Assembly (NCBI GenBank): GCA_002633005.1 | Contig: NMRA01000021.1 | Location: 1,457,392 to 1,521,391 of the forward strand | Length of the DNA stretch: 64,000 nt | Reading direction: 5' to 3' | Source of the DNA: Phoronis australis | Taxonomy: Eukaryota > Animalia > Phoronida | Part shown: positions 14,101 through 26,150 of the stretch, piece after piece | Position numbering within the stretch: position 1 is the first letter of the stretch | How the letters are laid out: each line of letters opens with the position of its first letter | Position numbers and translations under genes: made by a program | The notes under the pieces: generated by a model | The model's database searches: none | Told to the model about the DNA's origin: nothing | The model's input: only the letters and a program-made list of their open reading frames with translations

Positions 14101-17100
14101 GACCAGGTTTAAAGATAATCTGCATTTCATAAAGGTGGTTTAACTTTTAGACCAGTGGTCTAGTAAAACCTGGTTTAACTCCAGTTTAGACCTGGTCTAA
14201 GTCAGTTTTCATTTCACCAACGAGGTCTATATTCTTTAGACCTGTATTAAGATCTTAAACCATGTTTAACTTTAGACTTGGTCAGACACAGGTTTAACTG
14301 TTAAATATGTCAGACTTGCATGGNCCTTGGAGTCTCACTGGGCCACACTGCTAGACCGTTGAATTTGGTCTCTAGCTCCTCAGTTCAGTTTAAACTATAA
14401 AGCTTGAAAATGTTTCCAGGTGATCAGTGCAAAGAGCCCACCTGAGAACCTGTGCATGTCTGGTACAAGGTGTAAATTTTATTTTGGTCCTAGGCTTCAT
14501 AACTGTAAACTAAACCGATTTGTAATGTGCCACACGTGTCTGTCTATTACAGCTGATGAAAGAATTCCCTATGTTCAATCTGTTCAGTATACACGAGAAC
14601 CTGATAGAGGCGCTGCTTGATCTGCAGGCATATGCTGACGTACAGGCGGTGTTGGCAAAGTATGACGGTAAGTCTGTCATGATATGATCTGCTTGGCGGG
14701 TGCTTGAGTATAGCGATCAAATACGTGAAAGAGGGAGAAATGTAATATACTTTCAAAAAGTTCCCATAAATGCACTATTTTTAACTGAGAATTATTAGCA
14801 AGCAGTTCCTTACTGAGATGTTTGGTAGAATAACTGTATAATACATTTGTCCAGAAATGTGTTGAAATAAACTTTGTTGGACCCAAATCGTTGTTGATGT
14901 TCGGTTTAGAAACCATCAATCAATTTTTAATCAGAACACATCTAGTTGAGTCTTTCGTTGATCAGATTTCTGTAGTTTTAATCTGCTTAATGAAAAATAG
15001 GTTTTGAGTTTCTGCGCGTTTGATGTTAGTGGGAGTATGCAATTACTGTGAACTCGAACTTCGATGCTGCATTTTGGACCTTAATGGTTTATACCCATTC
15101 TGGGCCCTGGGTGTACCCATTCTGGGCCCCATTTGTACCCATTCTGGGCACTGTTTGTACCCATTCTGGGCCCTTTTTGTACCCATTCTGGGCACTGTGG
15201 GTACCCATTCTGGACCCTATTTGTACCCATTCTGAGCACTGTTTGTACTCATTCTGGGCCCTTTTGTACCCATTCTGGGCCCATTTGTACCCATTCTGGA
15301 CCATGTGGTTACCCATTCTGGACCCTGTGGTTACCCATTCTGGGCCCTGTGGGTACCCATTCTGAGCCCTGTTTGTACCCATTCTGTCTTTATTTGACTC
15401 GTCGTCTGTTCAATTGCAGACATCAGCCTACCAAAAAGTGCCACAATATGTTACACGGCCGCTCTGCTCAAGGCAAGATCTGTAGCTGACAAGTAAGGTT
15501 TAATGTCATCTTGCTTTAAAATGCTTCTGATGATAAATTTGGCCAAATTTGGACATTTTCTAGGGACATAATCTTAAGTTGTTTTCTCATCGTTCATCCA
15601 TCTTTTCTACTGTTTGGTAAACTGTGACACTGCACCTTGTGCAGTTTTTGTATTGTGTAAGAATTCTTGAAAGTTTTTTTGCCGGCACTATTAGATGATT
15701 CAACTGCAAAATGAGCGAAATCGTCTATTCCGGCAAATCTGGTTTAATTTGTCTGTATTTTTCTGAAAAGCGTGGATGTTTATTTAGTCAGCATAGCAAT
15801 CTTAAGAGTTTTTATTGATTGCCTTTTTGCATCCTTGTGGCTACTTCTATTTAACTTTATTTACATCGGAATCATTAATTTGTATTTGCTTTGGAGTACA
15901 CTAAGTGCTTTAACACTATCCAACCAGTCTGCTCCCTCACATGTTCAGTACGTGCCTAATGTGATCTGACAAAATGGCGTGAAATTGCCTGTCATGACAG
16001 CCAAGTACAAGCTTAGTGATGAATATTCCACGTCATGGTGGGGAACGGGAATTGTCTTGGTAATGGTTGGTGTGTATGAATATGGTGGGCTGTTGTTCAT
16101 ACCAGGGTAGCAATTTCATCAAGTCCAATTTTTCTCTGCTGGTAGGTTTTCTCCCGACACAGCCTCCAAGAGGGGTCTGAGCACCGCAGAGATGAACGCT
16201 GTCGAGGCCATTCACAGAGCTGTCGAGTTCAACCCACATGTTCCAAAGGTAAGGTTCTGAGTTAGGAACTTGACAGTATTCAGCATAGCTGCAGTAAAAC
16301 ATTCTCAAATTAAGTTGAAATTTAAGCTGCTGTAAACCCGCCTTGTGTTAATAAAAAGAACTTTATTTAAACCATGTACAGCCTGTAATGGGCCTCAATT
16401 TTCTCCTTCCTCAATGTAGAAGTGATTTTTTTGATTTGGAAGCAACTGAAAATTGGTTATTGTTTGAGTTCAGGGTTTACAAGTTCACTGATCACGACGT
16501 GTCCTTTTACATGGTCATAGGCAGTAAGTAAACTCAGTTCTTTTGATACCTACAATTTGCACCAGTTAAATAGCGGTAAAAGGTTTAAATCAAAATTGCA
16601 TGCTCTAAGGGTAGACAGTTATCCTTCCTCCGATAACGCGGGAGATTTCTAATTAACATTATTCTATTCTCACTTCTTTTCCCATGAACTGCAGCTCTTT
16701 GCACATGTAGCACCTAATCTGTTGCTTACAGTTGTCTCTCAAGCATGTCTTATCTTGACTGGATAAAGCTTTTATCTTCTGCATTTCAGTATTTATTAGA
16801 AATGAAAAGCCTCATCCTGCCACCTGAGCACATCCTCAAGAGAGGCGACAGTGAGGCGATTGCCTACTCATTCTTTCATCTCAAGCACTGGAAGCAGGTA
16901 GAGGGCGCTCTCAACTTGTTGCACTGCACCTGGGAAGGAAGTAAGTCTTCACTGCTTGAGGTAAAATATTGCACCTTTGAAGTATCAAATGTGCATTACG
17001 TTATTTGTCAGAAGTTGTGGTTTCAATCAAAGATGTTTTATTGGTTCACTTATTGATACATTAATGGCTGTGACTGAAACAAGTTGTGTTCATGTTCATT

Positions 17101-20100
17101 CCTGTTATAAAACTTTGCTAATGTGAATGTAGAAAGCAAAATGAACGTTTAAGCCACACACGGCAACATGGTCAGTGACAGAAATTATTGACTTAAAAAG
17201 CAAATGAATCAAGTTTGTCTGCTGGGAAACAGTTTGGAAATTAAAGCAATCCAGCTTTTTTCTCTATCTTTGAATATGGGAGATCAAGCCAGCAATGTTT
17301 GTTTGCCTCAAAGTTTGTATTACGACAGCACCTTGTGTGTGACTTCAAAGATATCATTTCGTCTTGCGTTTGATTTTGAGTTGCTTACCATAATCTTGTT
17401 TTAAGTTTTTGATAGTGTGTTATTTGAATGAGAAAATAAACTGCTGCATACATGTGTACCAACCCTGTGAGTTCATTTCGAGGGGTCAACTGTTGTACAA
17501 TATTTAGATCTAAATTCTTGGATTGTTTGTGTTATCACATAATACAGTGACTGTGTGTTTCATTCTCTTATCACATAACACAGTGATTGTGTGTTATCTT
17601 TGCCAACAGCATTCCGACTGATCCCATACCCACTAGAGAAAGGTCACCTATTCTATCCCTATCCACAGTGTACAGAGAACGCTGACAGAGAACTATTACC
17701 ATGTAAGTGCCTAGAGACAGTGAGGGTGAAATACCCAGTTTTACCCTAATTCACTCAAACTTCATTTGTGAATGGATTATTTCAAACTGCTGTGACACTT
17801 ATTTAGACCACTCTTTGTATCTCTGTTTGAGTTGGTTGTCGGCATACAATGTCACAAGGCTGTTCAAAAGTACAGAATTGGGCCAAAAAGTGTAGTTGGC
17901 TGTGGTCTGTACCCCGACTCAATTTTAAACCTGCACTCACCGACTAGAAAGAGATAAGAAAATGCCCACCTGCATTAATTTCAGCCAAGACACAAAAGCA
18001 ACAATAAGCTGGGTTTGAAATACCGTGATTTGCCAAGGGACGAATAAAAAAAGAACCACCATGTTGATTTTGCTCTCGACTCGGGTGGATTTTCTTTTTT
18101 GAAAGTGTGAGCAACTAAAAAATACCACACTTTCGACTCGATTTTCAATAAATCACAGAGCAAACAAGCCAACTATGCTTTTTGGCCTTATGTCGTGTCC
18201 AATTCAGATATCGTCTGTGATGTGATATTTCCAAATGATGTAAATCTCTCATCTTTGCTACAGCCTTTCATGATGTGTCGGTGTACCCCAAGAAAGAACT
18301 TCCTTTCTTCATCCTGTTCACAGCTGGCCTCTGTTCATTCACCGCCCTGCTGGCTCTGCTAACACATCAGTACCCCGACTCAATGGGGGCAGTCGTCAAA
18401 GTGGTCAGTATTACCATTTAATGAACTTCTTAATAGCTATTGAAGTCATGTAGGAGCCTAGAAAATTTCCAAAGTTTGGAACATCGTATCTCAGAAACAG
18501 CTGATGAAATTCACGCCTGTGAAACTCTCGGGTTTCATGCGTGCATTGTTTTCCAAAAATTTGATGAGGAATTGTTTTTAAAATGTTCCTCTTTTGAATG
18601 AAGGGCTATCAGAATGTAGGATTTTTATGATTTTCATGAAAAAACTCGATAATTGCATAAAAGGAAAACGAAATGATAATTGTAGAAAATTAACGTTTCT
18701 GAGATATCGTCTTGCTCATTTACATCAAATGAAATTTGGTCATGTTATCGGTACTGTGGTTCATCTGTCACTTAAAATAAAATTTCTTTTTTTCTAAATT
18801 TTGATAAAAAGACATCATGGCACTTTGGTCACATGACTCAGTTAATGACAGATTGTCAGAAAGATAAAAATCGAATTCTCCAGGATTTCGAGTTTCAGAA
18901 AATATGCACTTTTATAGAGTTAAAGCCTAAAGTTATGGAGATGGCTTACTCCGTAAACTTGTCAATTAGGTCATGCATGACCTTAAAAGTTTTTGTGTCA
19001 ATTTTAGGAGTGCCGTTAAATGTCTATTTACTGAATATTAAGAAAGTTTAATGTACAAAATAAATATTACATTACTAAAATTTCTGAAAGTTTCATGTAC
19101 TATGATGATTATGAAAGTTTTTTAAAAGCACTGTATACTGAGAGCAGGCATATTTTTGTAGTAGGCACATGATTTTATTTTGTTAAGGGACTATTCACAA
19201 GTATCGCCATCTTTAGGAGTTTTGAGTGTACTGAACATAATGTGCTTTAGCCTTGGTGGTATCAATACTCTGCAAGAGTATGCATTTGATCTTAAAAATG
19301 AGACGCATGAAGGCAAAATGAATTCATTGTTTTTGCATTTAAAAGCATGAAGAATAATATTGTTTTGTAACTTGTTACCTGACAGACACCATTACTGAAG
19401 TTACTGCCGTGATAAATATCACTGTTTTTGTACATTGGACTGGAGGGGAGGGGGGGTTCTGGACATGTCAGTCTCAAAAATGGCGATGCAGGAAGGCAAA
19501 ATTCATTATTTTTGCATCAGAATTCATGAAGCATAACCTTTTTGTAATCTGTGCTGAAGGTTACTGGTACTACGAGACAAAAGTAATCAGACAAAATACA
19601 ATGCACGACAAATGTAGTCAAACAAAATACCATTTTTCCAACACAAAAGCTTATCCTGTTAAAGGCGAATGCAACCTTTTTTCATGTCATTTTTAACAAA
19701 AATAGGGTTCGTTGATTATCCCAGACATATTTTTCACTTATTTACAGCTTTTCGTAATTTAATTAATTACTCGTCGTCTACTCCGGAAGTTTTGGGAGGC
19801 AAGAATTTTGCGCCAATTTCTTTTCATACAGTCGAGTCAGTCGTTGTTCTACCTCGGTTGTGATAAGTTCGGTCGTCGTTTGCTTTTGTTTTCGATTCAG
19901 TCAACATGCCACACTGTTGCTGCCTATCGAGATGTACTCATTATCGTCTCACATACAGAGGAAGAACTGTCCCACTTGCCCGAGTGTCCCGCGACACACT
20001 CCAGTGGATGGTGACTTGAGCACCCAAACTGCTTACATCCCACCATGCGACTCCCTCGTCACACACGTGGCACCTTCTAAATAGCCCCAATACAAGTCCA

Positions 20101-21330
20101 CAATAAACTTATCAAACTTAGGCTCACCGATCTGTTCATTGGATGACGAACTGTCCTTTTCACTGGGTGTCAAACTGGGCCTGTAGTCACTCCCACTACT
20201 CAACATTGATGCAGGGCTGCTTACAGGCTCTGGGCTAGAGACAACAGCACACGGGGAATCACTAATACTTCCTGGAATTGCACGCTATGGAGTACGTTCG
20301 GAGGCATGACAGTAGATGAAGTGCCTCCAGTCACTTTATATAGTTGCCACAGCTCACGAGGCTTCTTGCTTCAAAAAACCGCACTTCTCAGGGGTGGCAA
20401 CGGGGCACTGCCGGGAATCAACAGCGACTGTGTGGAACCCTTCTTCAGGCATTGTTTCGCAGGGACCTTCATCAATTCAGCGTACATTTCTCTGTCGTAA
20501 TCTGACGGCTGAAAATGCTTGCCACTGCTTTGTACGTTGCGTGAATGGGTAGCTCTGCGTTCTTTACACGAGCGAGCTAGCCAAGTATGGCGAAGTGTGT
20601 CATCCTTCGGAAAGCGATGCAAGGTACCCAAAGTGCGTGTGAGACGATAATGAGTACATCCTGGTACGCAGCAACAGTGTGGCATGTTGACTGACTCGTA
20701 AACAAAAGCAAACGACGACCGAACTTATCACAACCGAGGTAGAACAATGACTGACTCGACTGCTCTCACAGTCTGACTGTATGAAAAGAAATTGGCGCAA
20801 AATTCTTACCTCCCAAAACGTCACTTCCAGAGTAGAGGGCGAGAAATTAATTAAATTACGAAAAGCTGTAATTAAGTGAAAAATATGTCTGGGATAATCA
20901 ACAGACCTTGTTTTTGCTAAAAGTGACATGAAAAACCTTTAACAACAAAAATTACTGGTAATACCTATTAAAGCATTATTAGCCACCTTAATTACTTCCT
21001 TGTTCCCTGTTAATTCCCCTTCACTCTCGGTCAACAAGGAATTTGGCTTCCGCCCAGCCATTATGATGGGGAATTCGGGTCATTTTTTCCGATTACTTTT
21101 GACGTGCACTTATGTTTTTAAGTGCCGGATAATGGGTGTTGGAAAAACTTAAGTTGAGTGCATTTGTGCAAATAATGATGTTTGTGAACAGTTACTATCA
21201 TGGTTCGTAATATCCGGAAATTGGTGATTTCCAGATGGTGACCTGGATGTACTACCCCGTGAGTTATGTGCTGGAGAAGTTAGAGGCCATCTTGCCATCC
21301 AATATTCTGCACACGCTGTCCAGAGTGTGA
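2135..21330 (+). CDS. ST7: Suppression of tumorigenicity 7 (ST7/ST7L) homolog, 5'-partial; 12 coding exons in window
   Basis: Exons 2135-2300, 3097-3267, 7057-7135, 10151-10314, 12222-12319, 14553-14667, 15420-15492, 16146-16248, 16790-16940, 17610-17702, 18264-18403, 21235-21330 (TGA). All are AG/GT flanked and phase-consistent (1449 nt). ST7 signature peptides: [113 protein letters not shown]-terminal exons lie before the window. Confidence 0.96.
3282..3575. repeat. Degenerate (ATT/GTT)n low-complexity tract
   Basis: Trinucleotide-periodic T-rich run just after ST7 exon 3097-3267. Confidence 0.85.
3657..4164. mobile_element. hAT-like MITE
   Basis: TIRs CAAGGCTTGGAAT / ATTCCAAGCCCTG (12/13), flanked on both sides by TTTAAT; subterminal TTCCG repeats. 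Confidence 0.65.
5128..5245. repeat. ~59-bp tandem duplication
   Basis: ccatgactgaaaatggtattttgtgtgctttcttttgtcatgtaactgtactttgggt occurs twice. Confidence 0.9.
5676..5749. repeat. 19-bp tandem repeat x4
   Basis: ctgcctttgattgacatga. Confidence 0.9.
12320..12517. repeat. 27-bp minisatellite x~7
   Basis: Unit gatgtattaattcttcacagtccttgt, starting at the ST7 exon donor site. Confidence 0.95.
13501..13954. mobile_element. MITE family A copy (reverse orientation)
   Basis: Starts GGTTATGTAGAACC; ends ..aaatttggacgttttcttgggaccctacat, the reverse complement of the left end of 56849. Confidence 0.65.
13964..14360 (+). mobile_element. tRNA-derived SINE-like head followed by a palindromic-repeat element
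   Basis: A-box TGGCTTAGTGG and degenerate B-box GGTTGGGAGTC at 13966-14020; 14050-14320 is built of AAACCTGGTTTAA/AGACCAGG repeats; ggagtctca..cacactgctagacc recurs after the N at 14324. Confidence 0.4.
15088..15387. repeat. ~22-23-bp minisatellite x~13
   Basis: Core gtacccattctgggccc with variable spacer; ends ~30 bp before ST7 exon 15420. Confidence 0.95.
18444..18982. mobile_element. MITE family A copy
   Basis: gtcatgtaggagcctagaaaatt..ggaacatcgtatctcag shared with the 56849 copy; ends GGTCATGCATGACC|TTAA. Confidence 0.65.
19663..20938 (-). mobile_element. Non-autonomous Kolobok-like DNA transposon with long (~270 bp) inverted repeats and THAP-domain ORF remnant, in last ST7 intron
   Basis: TTAA at 19659-19662 and 20939-20942; AGG...CCT termini; inverted repeats ~19679-19955 / ~20637-20935. 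ORF 20685-20371 [21 protein letters not shown] is a THAP (C2CH) zinc finger with the third Cys lost. Confidence 0.8.
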
Positions 21331-23499
21331 CGTGTCACGTGACGTCTGCCTAACTCTGTACCCTGTATTGATTGTTTGTTGGTCTACAAAACTTGTCGTA
21401 AACATACACGAGTGTTAGCGATACATCCTCAAACTGAATTGGATCAAGGTGGCTATAAACCTACTCTTTCAGTGTGTTTTCTACACTGGAAATTCCCGGT
21501 TCTGTTAAAAAGCTAACTTTTGATTTTGACCACTTACTGTTAGTCACAACATGTTCCTTAGATTGAATTGGGGGGTATTATTAAATTCAATTCTGCTTTA
21601 GAGCAGGATTAAAAGTAGATGGCTTGACCCTGTTGGTCATTTTGTTCACAGCTAATGGTCTTGCGCTGTAATGAACTGTGGCTTCCTGTCAAGCCCAGAA
21701 GCAACTTCTTAAATATCTTATTAAGAAACAAGTCCAGACTGTTCAGTTTTATATCTATCAGTCAGTGGTCTAAATCAGAACAGAGGGTAGGTTTCTAGAT
21801 GCGTATGTTCAAACGTTGTGTCTAGATGACTCTTGTTCACATTGAGGTGAATATTATCCAAAAGATGCTCAATAATTCCACAAAAACTCACAGTAACAAC
21901 AATTTGGTTGTTTTCTAGGCTGGAAAATTATAGCTTTTCTTAACAGTATTGCTTTTGTTTTGATTCAAGTTGAGGGTGTTTAATCACTAAGAAAATGGAA
22001 TTTAAGGGTGTCTAAAGTTGTGGAAACGACACCAGGAAAATCCAGCTTTGTCGACTGTCGTAATTTATTCTGCAGTGTTGACGCAAGCGTTTTATGTCCA
22101 AATCATGGCACAATTTGTCGTCATCACTGGTCTTGGTTTTCAACAGCTTAAAATAATTGGATATGATGTTACGCATTCGAAGCTGACTGCCTATCAGTGT
22201 GTAAGGCTTTGCTGTTCAACACATTGTCTTCACATCCTCTCCTTGAGAGACGTTGTCCAAGTATTTGTTGATAGTAAGTAGTGTTTTTTCTTGCCAAGAT
22301 AATGAAGGAAAATTTTGGACACTGTTATCGCAATCTGCATCTTGGTATTTTGTCACTGGCATAGTACTTTCTCTTACTGCATCTCTTTGACTTATTGCTA
22401 CTGGCATAGGAAGTATTCATTAACAAGTCCAAGTTTAATTGTGCCAGATGTAGAATTCAAGATAACTTTTGAAAAGTTACGGCTTTCCAAACTCTTCTCA
22501 CCTCCATGAAAGTTAACTTTACAATGGAAATTCGCAGGATCATGTGGTGTCTAACTGTCAAAGCTTTTTCAATAAATTCATCCCTATGAGATGTTTGGAT
22601 CTTCGTAACCATCTATTGAAAGCCTTTGGTAAAAATGTTAGTTAAAAATTATAATTATCTCTCCTCGGGTTCACTTAAAAAGTGGACGCAAGTTATGTCT
22701 GTGAATATTTGCTGAAACTTTCAGTTGTCATTTATCAAAAGCTGTAGGTGTTTGTTGCATTGCCATGGGTATGAGAAATAAAACGCAATCCTTAATCCTG
22801 TTCTCATTTTGTCTTACACGACTTTGAGGTGTTCCAGGTAAAATGAATACATGCCCCTAGACATGGGGGCTGCCACAATGTCCGTGAATGCACCTCCCCA
22901 CCGTCAGTTGAGGTCAGAACAAGGAACCTCCCATTGCAGTTCATGTGTGCCGTAGTGTTAGCCAGAACAATTTCATCTATAAACAGCTCAAAATGTGGTC
23001 CATTCAGCTTGGGACCATTTGTTTTTGTTGTCTTTGAGGTTCCTGTATTAGTGTAAGGTTGCTGCTGGCACAAACGTATGACGGCAGTGGGGGATTCCTG
23101 GCCATGCGATGTACATCTCGGGGATTTTTGTCCCACGGGGACAGAACAAAGTTTTAGGAAAAGAAACAGTTCAAAATGGTTTATCCAAGGGGTGCACTTA
23201 ATCATGATTTTACGATTTTAAAAGTCTATTCAGGGCACCTTTATGTGGCTCAAATTAGTATAAAGATTAGCTGGGCATGAGTCTGATGTTATCCACGGAA
23301 AGTGGTCGTGAACTGTCCTTATGTACATATAATAAAGAAAAAAATCTTTTTCCTTGTTGTCTAAAATGGAAATTATGCAGCGGGTTACATATAAGCACAA
23401 TAAAAATTATAAACACTATGACAAATTTGATTTCCCAAGTTTCCCCAAACACACCACTGAGGTCGCTGTGAAGTAAAAGGAGTATAAAAAGCCATTAGT

Positions 23500-25790
23500 T
23501 TTGACAGGTTGGTCAACCAGTTTAATATTGGGCCATTTCAGCGGTGACCTTTCATTTTTTGTTGATAGCAACAAATTGTTATCGGGCTAAAGGGACCTTG
23601 GAGAAAATTTTGGAACACAACAAGACCAGAGAAATGATTCCAGTGATTAAGTCATAGAAAGGTTAGTGATACACCTTCAACATTTCAAGCTAAAGTCTTT
23701 CTCAAGCTGGTTTAAAAGATGGTGCCAAAAGATATTCAGCAAATGTTTGGACATGCAACAAAACGCCCGTTGTTAGAGTGTCCACTACCCGCTGTTTCAA
23801 TTTCTCATGTTGGTGAATCTTGACTTGCGAACGAACTGTATCTGAATTGGTCTGTTAAGACAGTCTCCCACTTACTTTGAACTTTTGTTTTTGTATAACA
23901 AAATTTATATCAAACTTATTATACACATTATTTTCGATTTTACATATGTTAATTAAAGTGGTAATAAACTCTGGGCGGTGAGGAACAATGATTTTGGACG
24001 AATCCACACGTTAAAGTAAATCACGAACAACATATCACACGCCCATGAATACAGTGAAGGGTGGAAAAACTCCATTATAATTACAAAAGTCTTTGTAAGA
24101 CGTCAGATTACCATACGAAACTAATAAATTGTAAATAATTATATACAATGCCCTTGACATACCAACCTTCATAAAATATGTATTTCTCGTCAATTGAGAT
24201 TTTGTCTCGTAGGGAGCCATTGCCTTGCTAACAGTGAACATGCCAACCAATTCTCCAACACTTCGAAAAACTTCCCAAAACTGATTCTTAACTGAAGGAG
24301 CGAGAGAACGATAGGTCTTGGTCAAAATGAAACGCGTTACGTGAAAGCCGTAACACATTGTAGAAATTAAAATTTTCTTCCGGGCCCTCTCATCACTAAG
24401 TATCAATCTACAGAACCACGAAATTTCAAGGGTTTTGATGAATGACCTCAGATGAACCATTCTGCACCCTCCGAACGAAAAATCTTGAATCAAGTTAGTT
24501 GTCTCCATTTTGTCAAGTTCACTGCCTCAGATGAAACTGTAAAATAGTTTATCTAGCGATTCAATTGTGTAGCCTGACGGAGAGGGCAATGTTGTCGAGA
24601 GATGGACCAATTTTGACAGTGCAAAAGATTTAGTGACAATTAATTATTTTGCAAAAAGGTGTTTTAATTACCTTTTTAAAAATACCTTTTGGACCACTTT
24701 CTTAACGTCGATCCGATTTAACGAATTTTGTCATCATTGTTATTTGTTAACAATTCTCTTAAAAGTAATATGAAAGTTCATACCAATGGTAGTAAATGAA
24801 CATCTAAGTCAAGAGAGATCAAATTCTGGACACAAGCGTATACTCTGACTTTTACTGAACCAATGAATACACTGAGTTTTTCCTAGGTTGGGTTTCAAAC
24901 CCGAGAATTTGTAAAACTGGTCCAACAAATTCATAGAGATCCGTTGGAGCCATTTAGACAGAGAACTGTATCATCGGCATACTGTAAAATTTTTAACTGA
25001 CGAAACATGGTGGCCATAATCTCGGCCCATATAGGGAGAGAGTGTCTTCTTGACGGAAGCGGCGACCAATTTCGAAAAAAAACTGTGGCGTGAAGCCATG
25101 ACACTTTTTGTTGTCCGCGGATTTCTTGAAATGTTGGCCGCTTTTATCTACTTTCTCAATTGTAAACACTCGGTACTGGTACTCGGGGATGGGTTTTTGC
25201 ACATTTTTGCACAGATGATCTTGACATTTGGTACAAATTGACATAGCTTGCACGTCACGAATTTTCCTTTTCACAAACGAAATTGTCGACCGGTTGAAAA
25301 AATGAATATTTCTTTTAAAGCCTGACACACCGTCATTGGCACGGCACATTTGGCATTACATTCAGGACAAGGGAAGGCATCTTATTTCTTCTCCTTCATG
25401 TGTCCGGTTATAGCCGAATATGTGAACGCACGGTTGACCAACAGGGTCGGTAAACTGATCTGAACAAATTAGACATTAAGTTTTAACAAGTACTAGTTTT
25501 TTGACACAGTCTCAGTGCTAACAACATAATAATTTCTTCACCATGAGAGCGTTTTCCCGTTCAGTGACTTTACCAGACGTAGGGGGTTCTGAGCGTGTGA
25601 TGACATCTAGCTTCTTTTTAACAAGCAGGCCACTTATCTACCAGGCTTATTACAGACCACGTGTGAACACAGTCAAACTCAGAGTGAATTGGTGTATTCG
25701 GAAGGAATAGTTTGTCGTAACTTCGGCTGCAGTTGGGCGAGTGGCGATTCAAAAACATGATCATCATTTGACGAAGATTTCCGAAATGCT
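23500..25790 (-). mobile_element. Decayed L1/Tx1-like non-LTR retrotransposon (RT and C-terminal region)
   Basis: Minus-strand QYADDTVL at ~24970-24984, GRRFRQEDTLSLY (RT GxRQGDPLSP-like) and LIQDFSFGGCRMVHLRSFIKTLEISW (L1/Tx1 post-RT motif). Many stops and frameshifts; ends approximate. Confidence 0.8.
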
Positions 25791-25889
25791 ATTGGTTTGT
25801 GTTCAAATATGTTATAACTTAATTTTTATTTTGAACAGCACAGCCCAGTCAGGGTAGATACGAGTTGGAGATTAGAGCAATTATCGAAC

Positions 25890-26150
25890 AAAAGAGAGCT
25901 GGCCCTCCAACCATGAATGCCAGAACGGGGTTAATCAGTCGTGCAGATATTGGCTATAGGGGTAAACTTCCCAACTTGTTGTTGGGCNTTGGCTGCCGGA
26001 AGGAGCGCGAGCCATGTTCCGTAGTAGACAGAGCCAAGTCGGCCGGCCGGCCAAGAAGCCGGAGGGAGGTAGCCTACTCAGTCTGCGCGGCGCGTGGCCC
26101 GGCGGCGGGCCGGGCGCTGTCCGGACCTTGAGCACGGCCAGGGAACCGGC
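25890..26150 (-). ncRNA. Candidate structured non-coding RNA, family unknown
   Basis: GC-rich island. The 5' and 3' ends form an 18-nt helix (16 pairs incl. 6 G-U on the minus strand), with several internal helices, followed by UCUCUUUU. Confidence 0.4.

Noticed and set aside
15020-15489. Overlapping repetitive ORFs and CRISPR-like periodicity
   Set aside because: Eukaryotic minisatellite with only a few variable bases between cores, no unique spacers or cas genes; the ORFs are repeat translations.
21328-21345. ST7 TGA-C readthrough context with palindromic gtgacgtgtcac
   Set aside because: A second in-frame TGA follows three codons later and no SECIS was evident.
22804-23205. 133-aa minus-strand ORF downstream of ST7
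   Set aside because: No recognisable motif; possibly a decayed repeat, but unsupported.
25890-26150. Assignment as 7SL, 7SK, RNase P/MRP, telomerase RNA or HDV-like ribozyme
   Set aside because: Only partial resemblances (GCCGG start, UAACCC..UUC.G.C near the 3' end); the diagnostic conserved motifs or template are absent.
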